A stretch of DNA of 36,907 bases, taken from positions 1 through 36,907 of the forward strand of contig CAYHMF010000001.1 of NCBI GenBank assembly GCA_964357655.1. The letters run 5' to 3'. The stretch comes from Candidatus Woesearchaeota archaeon. Lineage in GTDB: Archaea > Nanobdellota > Nanobdellia > Pacearchaeales > GW2011-AR1. The position numbers and the translations under genes were made by a program. Position 1 is the first letter of the stretch, and the number at the start of each line of letters is the position of its first letter. Of this stretch, positions 8,463 through 17,872 are shown piece by piece. The notes beneath the pieces are model-generated. The model did no database searches, had not been told where the DNA came from, and saw nothing but the letters and a program-made list of their open reading frames with translations.

Positions 8463-8515
8463 AAAGTTTTGAGTTTTATTTATAGACAAACTGATAACCC
8501 CCTATTTCGAATAAT

Positions 8516-8523
8516 TTTATAAA
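8516..8523 (+). promoter_or_regulatory. TATA-like box (tttataaa)
   Basis: 22 nt upstream of the thrS ATG at 8545. Confidence 0.5.
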
Positions 8524-8544
8524 CATCCTTTTTCTTTTATTATT

Positions 8545-10245
8545 ATGAAGATATTAAGTTTGCATACAGATTATATTAAGTTCAAGCCATTGAAAAAAGC
8601 GTTGAAGAAAATTGCGGATTTGCCTGAAAAGGAAATGGGAGTTGTTAAGATTGATGAGGCTTTGACAATTTTGACTGCTGTTGAAAAAAGTGACACAGAT
8701 ATTCAGGGAGTTGTTAATGCACTTGTCGAGAATGTGAAAGATATTGCTAAACAGGTCAATGCCAAAAATATAGTTTTGTATCCTTACGCGCATTTGTCGT
8801 CGAATTTGGCGAGTCCTGACGTCGCTATTGAGGTTTTGGAAAAATCAGAGAAGGCGCTGAAAAAATTTTTTAACGTCGTCAAAGCACCTTTTGGATATTA
8901 CAAAGAATTTGAAATGAAAGTTAAAGGGCATCCATTGAGTGAGTTGAGTCGAGAGATAAAAGTTGAAGGAAAACTTGGCGAAGAAAAATATGATCCTCAA
9001 CAATTGCTTAGAGAGATTTCAAAGTCTAAATTGGATACTTCTAAACTGAAAGAAAATGATCACAGAATTCTTGGACAGCAAATGGATTTGTATAGCTTTA
9101 ATGAAACTGCGCCAGGAATGGTTTTTTGGCACAATAATGGTCTGATAATCAAGAATGAATTAATTAATTTTTGGAGGGAGATGCACAGAAAGGCAGAATA
9201 CCAAGAAATTTCAACTCCACAAATTCTCGACGAGAAACTATGGAAAATTTCTGGGCATTGGGAAAAATACAAAGAGAATATTTTTTTGACTGATTATGAA
9301 AAAAGAAAATTCGCAGTTAAACCAATGAATTGTCCTGGAGGAATGTTAGTTTACAAAAACAAACCAAAAAGTTACAAAGAACTTCCGTTGAGAGTTGGAG
9401 AGTTAGGAATAGTTCACAGACAAGAACTTTCAGGAGTTTTGGGGGGATTATTCAGAGTAATACAATTCACTCAAGATGATGCTCACATATTCTGCACTGA
9501 AAAACAAATTGAAGATGAGATTGCTAATATTATTAATTTGGTTGATATCTTTTATAAAAAGTTTGATTTGCCTTACCATGTTGAATTTTCTACTCGCCCG
9601 GAGAAAAGGATTGGCTCGGATAAATTATGGAATAAGGCAGAGAAAATTCTCGAGCAGACTTTGAAAAAGAAAAAAATTGCGTTTAAAGTAAATAAAGGCG
9701 ACGGGGCTTTTTACGGGCCGAAAATTGATTTTCACGTCAAGGATTCTTTGGGACGAACATGGCAGTGCGGAACAGTTCAATTGGATTTTGCGATGCCAGA
9801 AAGGTTTAATTTAGAATATACTGAAAATGACAATAAAAGAAAAAGACCGGTGATGATTCATAGAACAATTTACGGAAGTCTTGAAAGATTCATCGGAATT
9901 TTAATTGAACATACGAGAGGAAGACTTCCCGTTTGGTTGGCTCCGACGCAGGTTAGAGTTTTGAGTTTTACTGACAGGAATGAAAATTATGCTAAAGAAA
10001 TTATTAAGAAACTTGGAGAGAAGATTCCTAATTTGAGAATCGACGCTGATTTTACGCAAACAACTGTTCCGTCGAAGGTGAAGGACGCAGAGATTATGAA
10101 AGTTCCGTATATAATTGTGGTTGGAGATAGGGAAGAAAAAGAAAGAACTTTGGCAGTTAGAAAAAAGGGCGACAATAAAATTGAAATGATTAAAGTTAAT
10201 GATTTTATTGAAAAATTGAAGAAAGAGATTGCGGAGAGGGATTAA
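8545..10245 (+). CDS. thrS: threonine--tRNA ligase, archaeal type with N-terminal editing domain
   Basis: The N-terminal 'MKILSLHTDYIKFKP...LYPYAHLSS' matches the archaeal ThrRS editing domain. Class II core: 'FWHNNG', 'RQELSG', 'FTQDDAHIF', 'GAFYGPKIDF'. C-terminal anticodon-binding domain present. Confidence 0.9.
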   Translation: MKILSLHTDYIKFKPLKKALKKIADLPEKEMGVVKIDEALTILTAVEKSDTDIQGVVNALVENVKDIAKQVNAKNIVLYPYAHLSSNLASPDVAIEVLEKSEKALKKFFNVVKAPFGYYKEFEMKVKGHPLSELSREIKVEGKLGEEKYDPQQLLREISKSKLDTSKLKENDHRILGQQMDLYSFNETAPGMVFWHNNGLIIKNELINFWREMHRKAEYQEISTPQILDEKLWKISGHWEKYKENIFLTDYEKRKFAVKPMNCPGGMLVYKNKPKSYKELPLRVGELGIVHRQELSGVLGGLFRVIQFTQDDAHIFCTEKQIEDEIANIINLVDIFYKKFDLPYHVEFSTRPEKRIGSDKLWNKAEKILEQTLKKKKIAFKVNKGDGAFYGPKIDFHVKDSLGRTWQCGTVQLDFAMPERFNLEYTENDNKRKRPVMIHRTIYGSLERFIGILIEHTRGRLPVWLAPTQVRVLSFTDRNENYAKEIIKKLGEKIPNLRIDADFTQTTVPSKVKDAEIMKVPYIIVVGDREEKERTLAVRKKGDNKIEMIKVNDFIEKLKKEIAERD

Positions 10246-13169
10246 TATTCTTTTCCATTAAGGAGTTTCTCATCCCATCCACCAAGTTTCCCTTTAATTT
10301 TTGATTTAGTCATTTTTACTCCAGGGGATTCAAAAATATCTATTGTGTTTGCTCCATTTTTTTCAAGAGCATAAAATGTTTTTTCCCCAAGCAAAACATA
10401 TTGCCATGTGCAATTCATTCTATCTTCAGATTTTAATTCATTAATTTTATCGCACCAATCACATGCAGACAATCTCTTCTTTAAAACATCTTCTTGATTT
10501 AAATCTCTTTCTGCTTTTGTTTCAACAACAAAAATTTTATTTCCTATTTTAACTAAAAAATCGGGAAAATAATGAGCCAACATTCCATCGCTTCTGACAT
10601 AAAGAATATTTGCAAAATTATAAGTATGCTCATTTATTTTCATAAAAGAGTTTACTTTTGAATCTGTATCGATGAAATTAATAAATGCTTTTTCAAACCC
10701 TCCTTTATTTGAAGGAAATCCAACTTTAGGATAAATAGTTTTTGCAACAATTAGGGCATAAGTTTCTCTAATTTTTATTTCATTAACTTCCGAAAACCAT
10801 TTTTTAATTATTGTTGCATCTAAAACCTTTAGTTTCTTTTGCAAATCATAAATTTCTTGGCTAATATTTTTTACAACATGTTTTATTAGTTTTCCTTCAG
10901 TCAATATTAAAATCTTCCAATTGTTATTTTCTAAAGGTTCGAAGTTTTTTCCGAAAAGTTTATGCCGAATATAATTATCAACTAATTTTGCAATTTTTGC
11001 TGAATTTATTTGCATAAGGGGAAATTCTTGAGATTTTCTTTTGTCTTCCAATTTTATTTGAACAGAAGAAACAGCATTAACAACTTTCTGAATAAATTGT
11101 TGATAACTCTTTGCAGTAAAAATATCTGCAGTTACAGAATAATCCCCAAATTTTGTTTTAACAGTTATTTCTTCCCCGTAGAAAACATCGCCTTCTTTTA
11201 CAATTGGCTTTAATTCTTCTAATTTTATTGGGTAAGGTTCCAAATTTTCCAAAGACATTTCTATATCTTCAAATTTTTCTTCTTTATCATGAATAATTAT
11301 TGGCCAAAATAAATCATATTCTTGGTAATTTTCTTTTAATTCAACTTTTATCAAATCTCCGACGATTCTCTCTTTTTTTGGCAATTCTTTAACTTTTCCA
11401 ACTGCATCCCCAAGTTCATTTTCATAGAACTCTACAAATGCGGGATGCTCAATTATGCTTAAAATATCCATGTAGTTAACAGGTTCTATTTTTTTGACTA
11501 ACAAATTAATTCTATTTTCTTCTTTTATTTCTTCATGTGCTTTCTCTCTCCACATTAACCTTAAACCTCTTCCAATCGTTTGCTCTAGAAGAATAAATGA
11601 AGTGCTAGAGCGAAGTGGAACAATTACACAAATGTTATTTACATCAAATCCTTCTCTTAACATTAAAACAGAGATTATTACTTTTGGATTTTTTGATTTA
11701 TCTAAATTAGATAGTTTTAATTTATCTTTTTCCAAAATATTCCCCAATTTTTTTGAATGAATTTCTACAATATCATTTTCACTTAATCCTTCTTGCCTTA
11801 AAAATTGGGTGACATAAGGAACAACAAAAGTATCTTCACACATAATTAACATCTTCGGATGTTTTTCTATATCGTATTCTTCAAATCCTTCAGCTAATCT
11901 TCTTAATTTTTCTAATCCTGCCCTCAACATTACTTTTTGTCCTTCCGACAATGATTGAATGCCTCTGCCTTTTTCTTCTCTTTCAGCTTTAAAATCCAAA
12001 GGCAAAGCAGTAATTTCTTTTCTTTTATCTATTGCAACGGTTTTTACTAAACCCAAATGAATTGCTGTTCTCAAATCAAAATTGATAATTATATGTGGGA
12101 AATAATGCCTTGTTCTTTTTTGTCCGCTTCCAGTAACTGAATAAGGTGTTGCAGAAAAATCAATTTGAACAAATTTTTCTTTTTTATTTTTTGAAATATC
12201 TGAAATTGCCTTTTGCCATTTTTTATCTAGCACTTCATCTCCTTTTTTCAATTCTCCTAAATGATGTGCTTCGTCGTTAAAAACAACTAAATCTTCTAAC
12301 CTAGATAAAAAGTCCAATTCTTTTCCTCTAAAGTAAGCATTATCTAATTCTTCCAATGAGTGTCCTGCTGAAGTCCCGGGGGTTAGGGGAAGAAGTTTTT
12401 TTATTATTTTTCTTGGGGAATCTAAAGCAGAATCTTCTTCTAATTCTTCTTCATCAATTAATAAATGCCAATTTGTTATTGCAATTAAACCTTCGCCAGT
12501 AACTTTTTTCCCAATTTCATCTTTTGAAGCAACTGAACTTTGGATAAAACCAAAAATTTCATCTTTGTATGGGGGCGGGCAAAATAACTCTTCAAATTTT
12601 TTAAAATCTGAAGTTTCAAAATCCCTTGTTTTTGCATCTTTCTTTTTTCCTAAATAAGCATCCAATAGTCTATCATAAACAATTAAACCTGGGGCGATTA
12701 ATAAAAAATTTTTTGAAAATCTTCCAGTTCGCTCTTCATCATATTTTGCATTTAAATACTGCCAAATTAATATTGCATGCATAACCCATGTTTTTCCTGT
12801 TCCTGTAGCCATTTTTATGCAATATTGAGGATGTTCATATTTTTCTTTTTCGTGAGAAATAATATTGATAAATTCTGCAAATAAATCTTTGTTTATTGTC
12901 ATGTATAAATCCTTAATATTTTTTGTTTTCAAAATTTCATGAACATAAATAGTATTTAAAATTGCTTGCCATTGCCCGTCGTGAAATTGAACACTTCTTT
13001 GGTCTCTCCAGCTTCCTTCTGGGGCCCAAAATCTCAACAAATCTTTTGTAATTGGAGAAACCTTTTGCAAAAATGTTCCATCTTCCCACTCTTTATTTGC
13101 CATTTCAGTAATTGCTTTTGCAAACCTTAAAGGCATTTCTCCTGTTCCAAGTGATTTTGCGTTTACCAT
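10242..13169 (-). CDS. res: Type III restriction enzyme Res subunit (SF2 helicase plus C-terminal PD-(D/E)xK nuclease)
   Basis: Motif I 'MATGTGKTW', motif II 'FNDEAHHLG', helicase C 'LREGFDV...TIGRGLR', and C-terminal 'FPDFLVKIGNKIFVVETKAE'. The stop codon overlaps the thrS stop (convergent genes). Confidence 0.85.
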   Translation of the reverse strand: MVNAKSLGTGEMPLRFAKAITEMANKEWEDGTFLQKVSPITKDLLRFWAPEGSWRDQRSVQFHDGQWQAILNTIYVHEILKTKNIKDLYMTINKDLFAEFINIISHEKEKYEHPQYCIKMATGTGKTWVMHAILIWQYLNAKYDEERTGRFSKNFLLIAPGLIVYDRLLDAYLGKKKDAKTRDFETSDFKKFEELFCPPPYKDEIFGFIQSSVASKDEIGKKVTGEGLIAITNWHLLIDEEELEEDSALDSPRKIIKKLLPLTPGTSAGHSLEELDNAYFRGKELDFLSRLEDLVVFNDEAHHLGELKKGDEVLDKKWQKAISDISKNKKEKFVQIDFSATPYSVTGSGQKRTRHYFPHIIINFDLRTAIHLGLVKTVAIDKRKEITALPLDFKAEREEKGRGIQSLSEGQKVMLRAGLEKLRRLAEGFEEYDIEKHPKMLIMCEDTFVVPYVTQFLRQEGLSENDIVEIHSKKLGNILEKDKLKLSNLDKSKNPKVIISVLMLREGFDVNNICVIVPLRSSTSFILLEQTIGRGLRLMWREKAHEEIKEENRINLLVKKIEPVNYMDILSIIEHPAFVEFYENELGDAVGKVKELPKKERIVGDLIKVELKENYQEYDLFWPIIIHDKEEKFEDIEMSLENLEPYPIKLEELKPIVKEGDVFYGEEITVKTKFGDYSVTADIFTAKSYQQFIQKVVNAVSSVQIKLEDKRKSQEFPLMQINSAKIAKLVDNYIRHKLFGKNFEPLENNNWKILILTEGKLIKHVVKNISQEIYDLQKKLKVLDATIIKKWFSEVNEIKIRETYALIVAKTIYPKVGFPSNKGGFEKAFINFIDTDSKVNSFMKINEHTYNFANILYVRSDGMLAHYFPDFLVKIGNKIFVVETKAERDLNQEDVLKKRLSACDWCDKINELKSEDRMNCTWQYVLLGEKTFYALEKNGANTIDIFESPGVKMTKSKIKGKLGGWDEKLLNGKEY

Positions 13170-13172
13170 GAT

Positions 13173-13895
13173 TTATTTTTTATTTTTCTCAAAATCCTCA
13201 ACGGACTTAATTTCAGATTTATTGATAAGGATTGATTTTAGTAGAGCATTTTCATCTTTTAATTTTTCTGGATTATAATCTATAATGTTTTTTATTTTTA
13301 CAATCTCAACGAAATCTTCTCCCGTTTTAACAATCTTACAGATTACTCTTTCCTTATCTTTCAAAACTATTGATTTGAATTTTAATTTTGTAAGAAGTTG
13401 TTCAAAATTTGCTGGAGTAACATTTAGCCCATAAATTACCGAGGCATAAGTTAATGTTAAAAAAGTAATAATTCCTGAAACAAGAGTAAATACAAGAGGT
13501 ATGTCAATAATAAAAATACAATAATTAATTAAGATAGAAGAGAACACTATTAAACAATTATTTGTATTGCTAATATTAAACATCGATTTCTCTTGAAATT
13601 TAAATAATAAAAATTGTAATAAAATAAGAAGTATCCCAACCAAATAAAATAAATTTCCATAACTTGAAAAAATTTCAGAAGAGATATGCCTAAGAATAAA
13701 GAAAAAAGTGAGATATGTTAATAAAAAAGGGATTATTACATGATTTGGAATAAACATTATTCCTTCCAAAACCTCTGAGGTCCAATCTCTGCATAATTCT
13801 TTTCTTGCTTTCAAAATATTTTTTCCAAAAAAAGTTATAGCTACCCCAACTAGAGTAATAATTACAGAAATATTAACAACACTTGAAAATTCCAT
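13173..13895 (-). CDS. polytopic membrane protein of unknown function embedded in the R-M operon
   Basis: 240 aa with about 5-6 hydrophobic segments and a soluble tail of about 85 aa. Its ATG overlaps the mod stop (TAATG). Its stop lies 3 nt before the res ATG. Confidence 0.65.
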   Translation of the reverse strand: MEFSSVVNISVIITLVGVAITFFGKNILKARKELCRDWTSEVLEGIMFIPNHVIIPFLLTYLTFFFILRHISSEIFSSYGNLFYLVGILLILLQFLLFKFQEKSMFNISNTNNCLIVFSSILINYCIFIIDIPLVFTLVSGIITFLTLTYASVIYGLNVTPANFEQLLTKLKFKSIVLKDKERVICKIVKTGEDFVEIVKIKNIIDYNPEKLKDENALLKSILINKSEIKSVEDFEKNKK

Positions 13896-15763
13896 TACTT
13901 CACCTCCTCCACAGCCACGCTTTCAAAACCAAAAACATCTACGGCTTTCACACAAATTTTTCTTTTTCCTTTTATTTTTGGCAGAGTTAGTTTTGCTTTT
14001 TTAATAACTCTAAATTCGTCGTTATCGTTTGCAGTATTTCCTCTATAGTCCTGCCACTTGCTCCTAAAAACTTCTCCGTCATAGTCAGGGTCAATACTCC
14101 AATATTCAATTAAACTTAATGGCTCTTTTTCAATTACTTGAGATAATTTTTCTTGGTTTTCTTTATCTAAAGGAAGAACATCTGGTGAGAGCAAAACATA
14201 ATCATCTAATTCAACAATTATTTCTTCTTGCTCTTTTCCATAGTCCTTTTTTATAATTGGTTTTATTTTTAAATATTGTAAAGAAGAAAATCTAATTTTC
14301 TTTGCTAAATCTTCTGTGCTTGCTTTTGACTTGAGCATATCTAAAAGATTTTGAGGGATAACTAAAACTTCTAATCTTTTGTCTTTCAATGAATCAATTA
14401 CTTTTCCAATATCAAAAACAAAATTCCATCCAAGAACAACAACTTTTTCCCAACCCCCCATAAACGAACCTCTTAACTCTTGTGCTTTCTTTAAAGTGTT
14501 GTATCCAGTCATCTTCGACGGAGAATCAACTAAAACCAAAGTTTTTGAAGATTTTATATAACCTAAATTTGCAGGAGCTTCTTCCTCTTTGAAAGGCAAG
14601 GCACCAAATAAATTTAAAACATTTTGAGACAAATCCCCGATAGTTTTAAATTCCGATTTTTCAAATTGTTCTTTTTGATAATCGCCAATCGACTGATATA
14701 AAAATGGTTTTGAATCCTGATCAATTAATCTTTTTCTCATAATCATGCAAGCTGGCTTTCCTAAATCAGACATAATCCATTTTCTTCCGAGCTTTTCCGC
14801 AACTGCTCCAGTTGTTCCTGAACCAGCGAAGAAATCTGCGACGATTCCGTTTTCAGGACAAGATGCGAGAATAATCCTATTCAATAATTTCTCGGGCTTC
14901 TGTGTTCCATAATCTAATTGTTCTTTTTGACCTTTTGAAAGATTAATTATATCTATCCAATTAGAACCTATAGCGAATTTTGCTTCATCAAGATAATATT
15001 TTTTATACTCTTTACCGCTTGAGGTAATATAAATAAGATTTTGTTTTCTAAAGTTCTCAATAGAATCTTGAGAATAATCTCCTAATTGAACTTTTTTAAA
15101 TTTTCTACCATCTGGTTCAGAATACATATATTCTCTTAATTGTGTTTGTGTAAGTTCTTCTCTATAAATTTGATTAAAATATGTTCCAGAAGATTTTCCA
15201 TAAAATAATAAAAAATCATTTTCTCTGGACCATTGTTTTGAAGTTCCTTTTGCTCCTTTTCCCGCAGAATCTCTTTGCCAAATTATTTCATTTCTAAAAT
15301 TCTCCTTCCCGAAAATCTCATCCATAATCACTTTAACATAATGTCCAACATGCCAATCAATATGAACATAAATTGAACCTTGCTCACTCAAAAGTTCTCT
15401 CATTAAAATTAATCTTGGAATCATCATCTGCAAATAAGAAGCTGTTCCGTCTTTCCATGTGTCTGAATATGCAAACTGCTCAATCACTGTTGGTTTTTGT
15501 TCAATATCTGTATTTGGAAGATGAATTTTTGTTCTATAATCTGCCTTGCTATCAAACGGAGGGTCAATATAAATTAAGTCTATTTTTCCACGCATAGAAG
15601 AAAGCCCAGTTTGTTTGTCTCCTGCTAAAAGAGCCTGCATTGCAAGTAAGTTATCTCCATAAACAAGACGATTAAACCAATCTCGGTTCTTTATTTCTTT
15701 AATTTGCCCTCTAAAAAGCCCACTCATAATCTTCTTTTCTTTTTTCAACTTTATTAATTTCAT
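13895..15763 (-). CDS. mod: Type III-like DNA methyltransferase Mod (beta-class N6A/N4C MTase)
   Basis: Motif IV 'IYIDPPFDS' lies upstream of motif I '[24 protein letters not shown]'. An alternative start, ATG at 15727 ('MSGLFRG'), is plausible. Confidence 0.85.
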   Translation of the reverse strand: MKLIKLKKEKKIMSGLFRGQIKEIKNRDWFNRLVYGDNLLAMQALLAGDKQTGLSSMRGKIDLIYIDPPFDSKADYRTKIHLPNTDIEQKPTVIEQFAYSDTWKDGTASYLQMMIPRLILMRELLSEQGSIYVHIDWHVGHYVKVIMDEIFGKENFRNEIIWQRDSAGKGAKGTSKQWSRENDFLLFYGKSSGTYFNQIYREELTQTQLREYMYSEPDGRKFKKVQLGDYSQDSIENFRKQNLIYITSSGKEYKKYYLDEAKFAIGSNWIDIINLSKGQKEQLDYGTQKPEKLLNRIILASCPENGIVADFFAGSGTTGAVAEKLGRKWIMSDLGKPACMIMRKRLIDQDSKPFLYQSIGDYQKEQFEKSEFKTIGDLSQNVLNLFGALPFKEEEAPANLGYIKSSKTLVLVDSPSKMTGYNTLKKAQELRGSFMGGWEKVVVLGWNFVFDIGKVIDSLKDKRLEVLVIPQNLLDMLKSKASTEDLAKKIRFSSLQYLKIKPIIKKDYGKEQEEIIVELDDYVLLSPDVLPLDKENQEKLSQVIEKEPLSLIEYWSIDPDYDGEVFRSKWQDYRGNTANDNDEFRVIKKAKLTLPKIKGKRKICVKAVDVFGFESVAVEEVK

Positions 15764-16283
15764 TTGCCCTATTTAATCCTGCGTCGGTTAAATTACTCGA
15801 ACCCGAAATTATTCTACCTTCATCCCCAAAACCACCGCCTTTTGAAGTAAAAATATAGATTTTACCATGCATATCCTGATTAGGAGAAGCACGAATCTTT
15901 AGTTTTCCAGAAACTATCCAATCAATAAATTTCTTTGTTCCCTCTTCAACTTCAAAGGTATCTCTTGATTCTTCATATTCATGAACAATATTATTCTCTA
16001 TTTCTTTTTTTATTTCAGAAGTGGAATCTTTCAATTTTAATTGGCTTTCTTTTGCATGACTTAACATATCAAAAGTCTGTTTATTGGTACTTATTCCAAC
16101 CAAAACTTTTATTTCATTTACATTCTCTAAATCTTTGTATATTCTAAAAAATCCACTTGCATAAAAATAACCTACCAAACAACTAAATTCTTTTGTATTC
16201 TTAAGTAAGGTCTTAAAGTGATTTTCCAAGGTATCGTCGCCTTTGTTTGTAATAAATGTTGTATCTGCCATTTTACCTGCCAT
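15711..16283 (-). CDS. PLD/HKD-family nuclease-like protein
   Basis: 190 aa with HKD signature 'HGKIYIF...GSSNLT'. Its 3' end overlaps the mod 5' end. Confidence 0.75.
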   Translation of the reverse strand: MAGKMADTTFITNKGDDTLENHFKTLLKNTKEFSCLVGYFYASGFFRIYKDLENVNEIKVLVGISTNKQTFDMLSHAKESQLKLKDSTSEIKKEIENNIVHEYEESRDTFEVEEGTKKFIDWIVSGKLKIRASPNQDMHGKIYIFTSKGGGFGDEGRIISGSSNLTDAGLNRANEINKVEKRKEDYEWAF

Positions 16284-16286
16284 TAA

Positions 16287-16330
16287 TTAGTGGCATTTAC
16301 ATTTTAAATCTTGCTATCTCTTAGTGGCAT
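16287..16330. promoter_or_regulatory. divergent promoter: central TATA-like ttttaaat (16302-16309) flanked by two exact direct repeats ttagtggcat (16287-16296, 16321-16330)
   Basis: The TATA lies about 19-20 nt from both divergent ATGs (16283 on the minus strand, 16329 on the plus strand). The repeat was seen directly in the sequence. Confidence 0.5.
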
Positions 16331-16547
16331 GAGAAGAAAAGCATTAGACATAAAGAAAAAGATTTTAGAGGTTTTGAAAAAAGAAAAAGAACTATCTTTA
16401 AGAGAATTGGAAACAAAGGTAAACACAAATAATAAAACTCTTAAAACACAAATTGAAGAATTAGAATGGTTTGAAAAAGTAATTGCCAAAAAATATTCAA
16501 GAAATTGTAAGAATGGAAAGCCGTTCACAACAATTCGTTTGAAATAA
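16329..16547 (+). CDS. small winged-helix DNA-binding protein, candidate controller of the divergent R-M operon
   Basis: 'KKKILEVLKKEKELSLRELETKVNTNNKTLKTQIEELE' is a typical wHTH pattern. ATG 16329 is preferred over TTG 16311 because of the TATA spacing. Confidence 0.5.
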   Translation: MRRKALDIKKKILEVLKKEKELSLRELETKVNTNNKTLKTQIEELEWFEKVIAKKYSRNCKNGKPFTTIRLK

Positions 16548-16601
16548 TATTCTCATCTATGCCGAAAACCTTAAAAACTCCAATGTATTAATTAATACAC
16601 T

Positions 16602-16889
16602 ATGATATTAACACGAAACAAAGAAAAATTTGAAGCAAGTGCTCCTCGCCTCGACACAGTTTTTATGGTTGAAGAATTTATTGAAAAGCATAGTGGAGAA
16701 TATACCCAAATTGAATTATTTAAAAATCTCCCAAAAAAAATGATGTGGAGAACATTTAAAATTATTATTTATTATTTGGAGAGCATTCACAAAATTGTTT
16801 TAAACAAAGACGGAACTATTACTTGGATTTGGAATCCTAAACTTGTAGAAAAATATTTAAAAAATAAGAATTTGGATGTAAAAATTTAA
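16602..16889 (+). CDS. hypothetical protein, possible antitoxin partner of the next gene
   Basis: 95 aa. The stop lies 1 nt before the next ATG. Confidence 0.45.
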   Translation: MILTRNKEKFEASAPRLDTVFMVEEFIEKHSGEYTQIELFKNLPKKMMWRTFKIIIYYLESIHKIVLNKDGTITWIWNPKLVEKYLKNKNLDVKI

Positions 16890-16890
16890 A

Positions 16891-17208
16891 ATGGTTCTTT
16901 TAAAATATGCCGATGAAAAAATTAAAAAAGAACTTGAAAAACTTAAAGAAAAAGACCCTAATTTTTATGAGCATATTGCCAATGCTTTAAGAAATATCCA
17001 AGAAGATCCTGTTTGCGGGATTAAAATTCCTCAAAGATTAATCCCTAAAGAATGGCTTAAAAAATTTGGGATAAATAATCTTTACAAATACAATCTTCCC
17101 AATGCTTGGCGTTTATTTTATAGTTTAAGTGGTAATGAAATAGAACTAATTGCAATTGTTTTAAAATTTATGAATCACAAGGAATATGAACGAGAATTTC
17201 ATTATTAA
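16891..17208 (+). CDS. RelE/ParE-superfamily toxin-like protein
   Basis: 105 aa. 'LYKYNLPNAWRLFYSLSGNEIELIAIVLKFMNHKEYE' follows the ...yRliY.v....i.i..i..H..Y pattern of this superfamily. Confidence 0.5.
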   Translation: MVLLKYADEKIKKELEKLKEKDPNFYEHIANALRNIQEDPVCGIKIPQRLIPKEWLKKFGINNLYKYNLPNAWRLFYSLSGNEIELIAIVLKFMNHKEYEREFHY

Positions 17209-17290
17209 ATAGCATCTTTTTTCAAAAATAAAATATTATTAACTTTTATAATATGTGTTTAAATAGTCTGTTGTTCTTTTAATTTTTAAA

Positions 17291-17872
17291 ATGATAAATA
17301 AAATAGAAAAAGAATTTTTGCAGAATTCAAATTGGATTGAAAGCGAATATTCTAATATTGCGATGGAAGATTCTATTAAAGCGTGGGATTACGCGAAGAA
17401 AAACAAGCAAAATATAACAATTGATTATATTAAAGAAATTCACAAAAAATTAATGATAAGATTAAATCCCAAAATCGCTGGGAAGATTAGGAATTGCAGA
17501 ATTTACGTCGGGGGTTTTTCAGAATACAAAGAATGCTTGAAACCAAAATATGTCACGAAAAAGTTGGAAGAATGGGTTAAAAATTCGAATATAAAAGAAG
17601 AAAGCGAATGCCCTCCAAGTGAAAGAGCAAAAAAAGCCCATATAGTTTTTGAAAATATACATCCATTTAAAGACGGAAATGGGAGACTTGGGAGAATTTT
17701 GATGAATGTTCAAAGATTAAATGCAGAACTTCCGTTGCTCGTTATTTATGAAAAAGAAAAACAAGATTATTACAAATGGTTTGAACAAGATACAAATAAC
17801 AAATGCAAGGATTTTAGAGACCCTTTAGCAGATTTATTTGTTTACGGAGTGCAAAGATGGAAGGAAAAATGA
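17291..17872 (+). CDS. fic: Fic/DOC family protein
   Basis: Canonical Fic motif 'HPFKDGNGRLGR'. Confidence 0.85.
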   Translation: MINKIEKEFLQNSNWIESEYSNIAMEDSIKAWDYAKKNKQNITIDYIKEIHKKLMIRLNPKIAGKIRNCRIYVGGFSEYKECLKPKYVTKKLEEWVKNSNIKEESECPPSERAKKAHIVFENIHPFKDGNGRLGRILMNVQRLNAELPLLVIYEKEKQDYYKWFEQDTNNKCKDFRDPLADLFVYGVQRWKEK

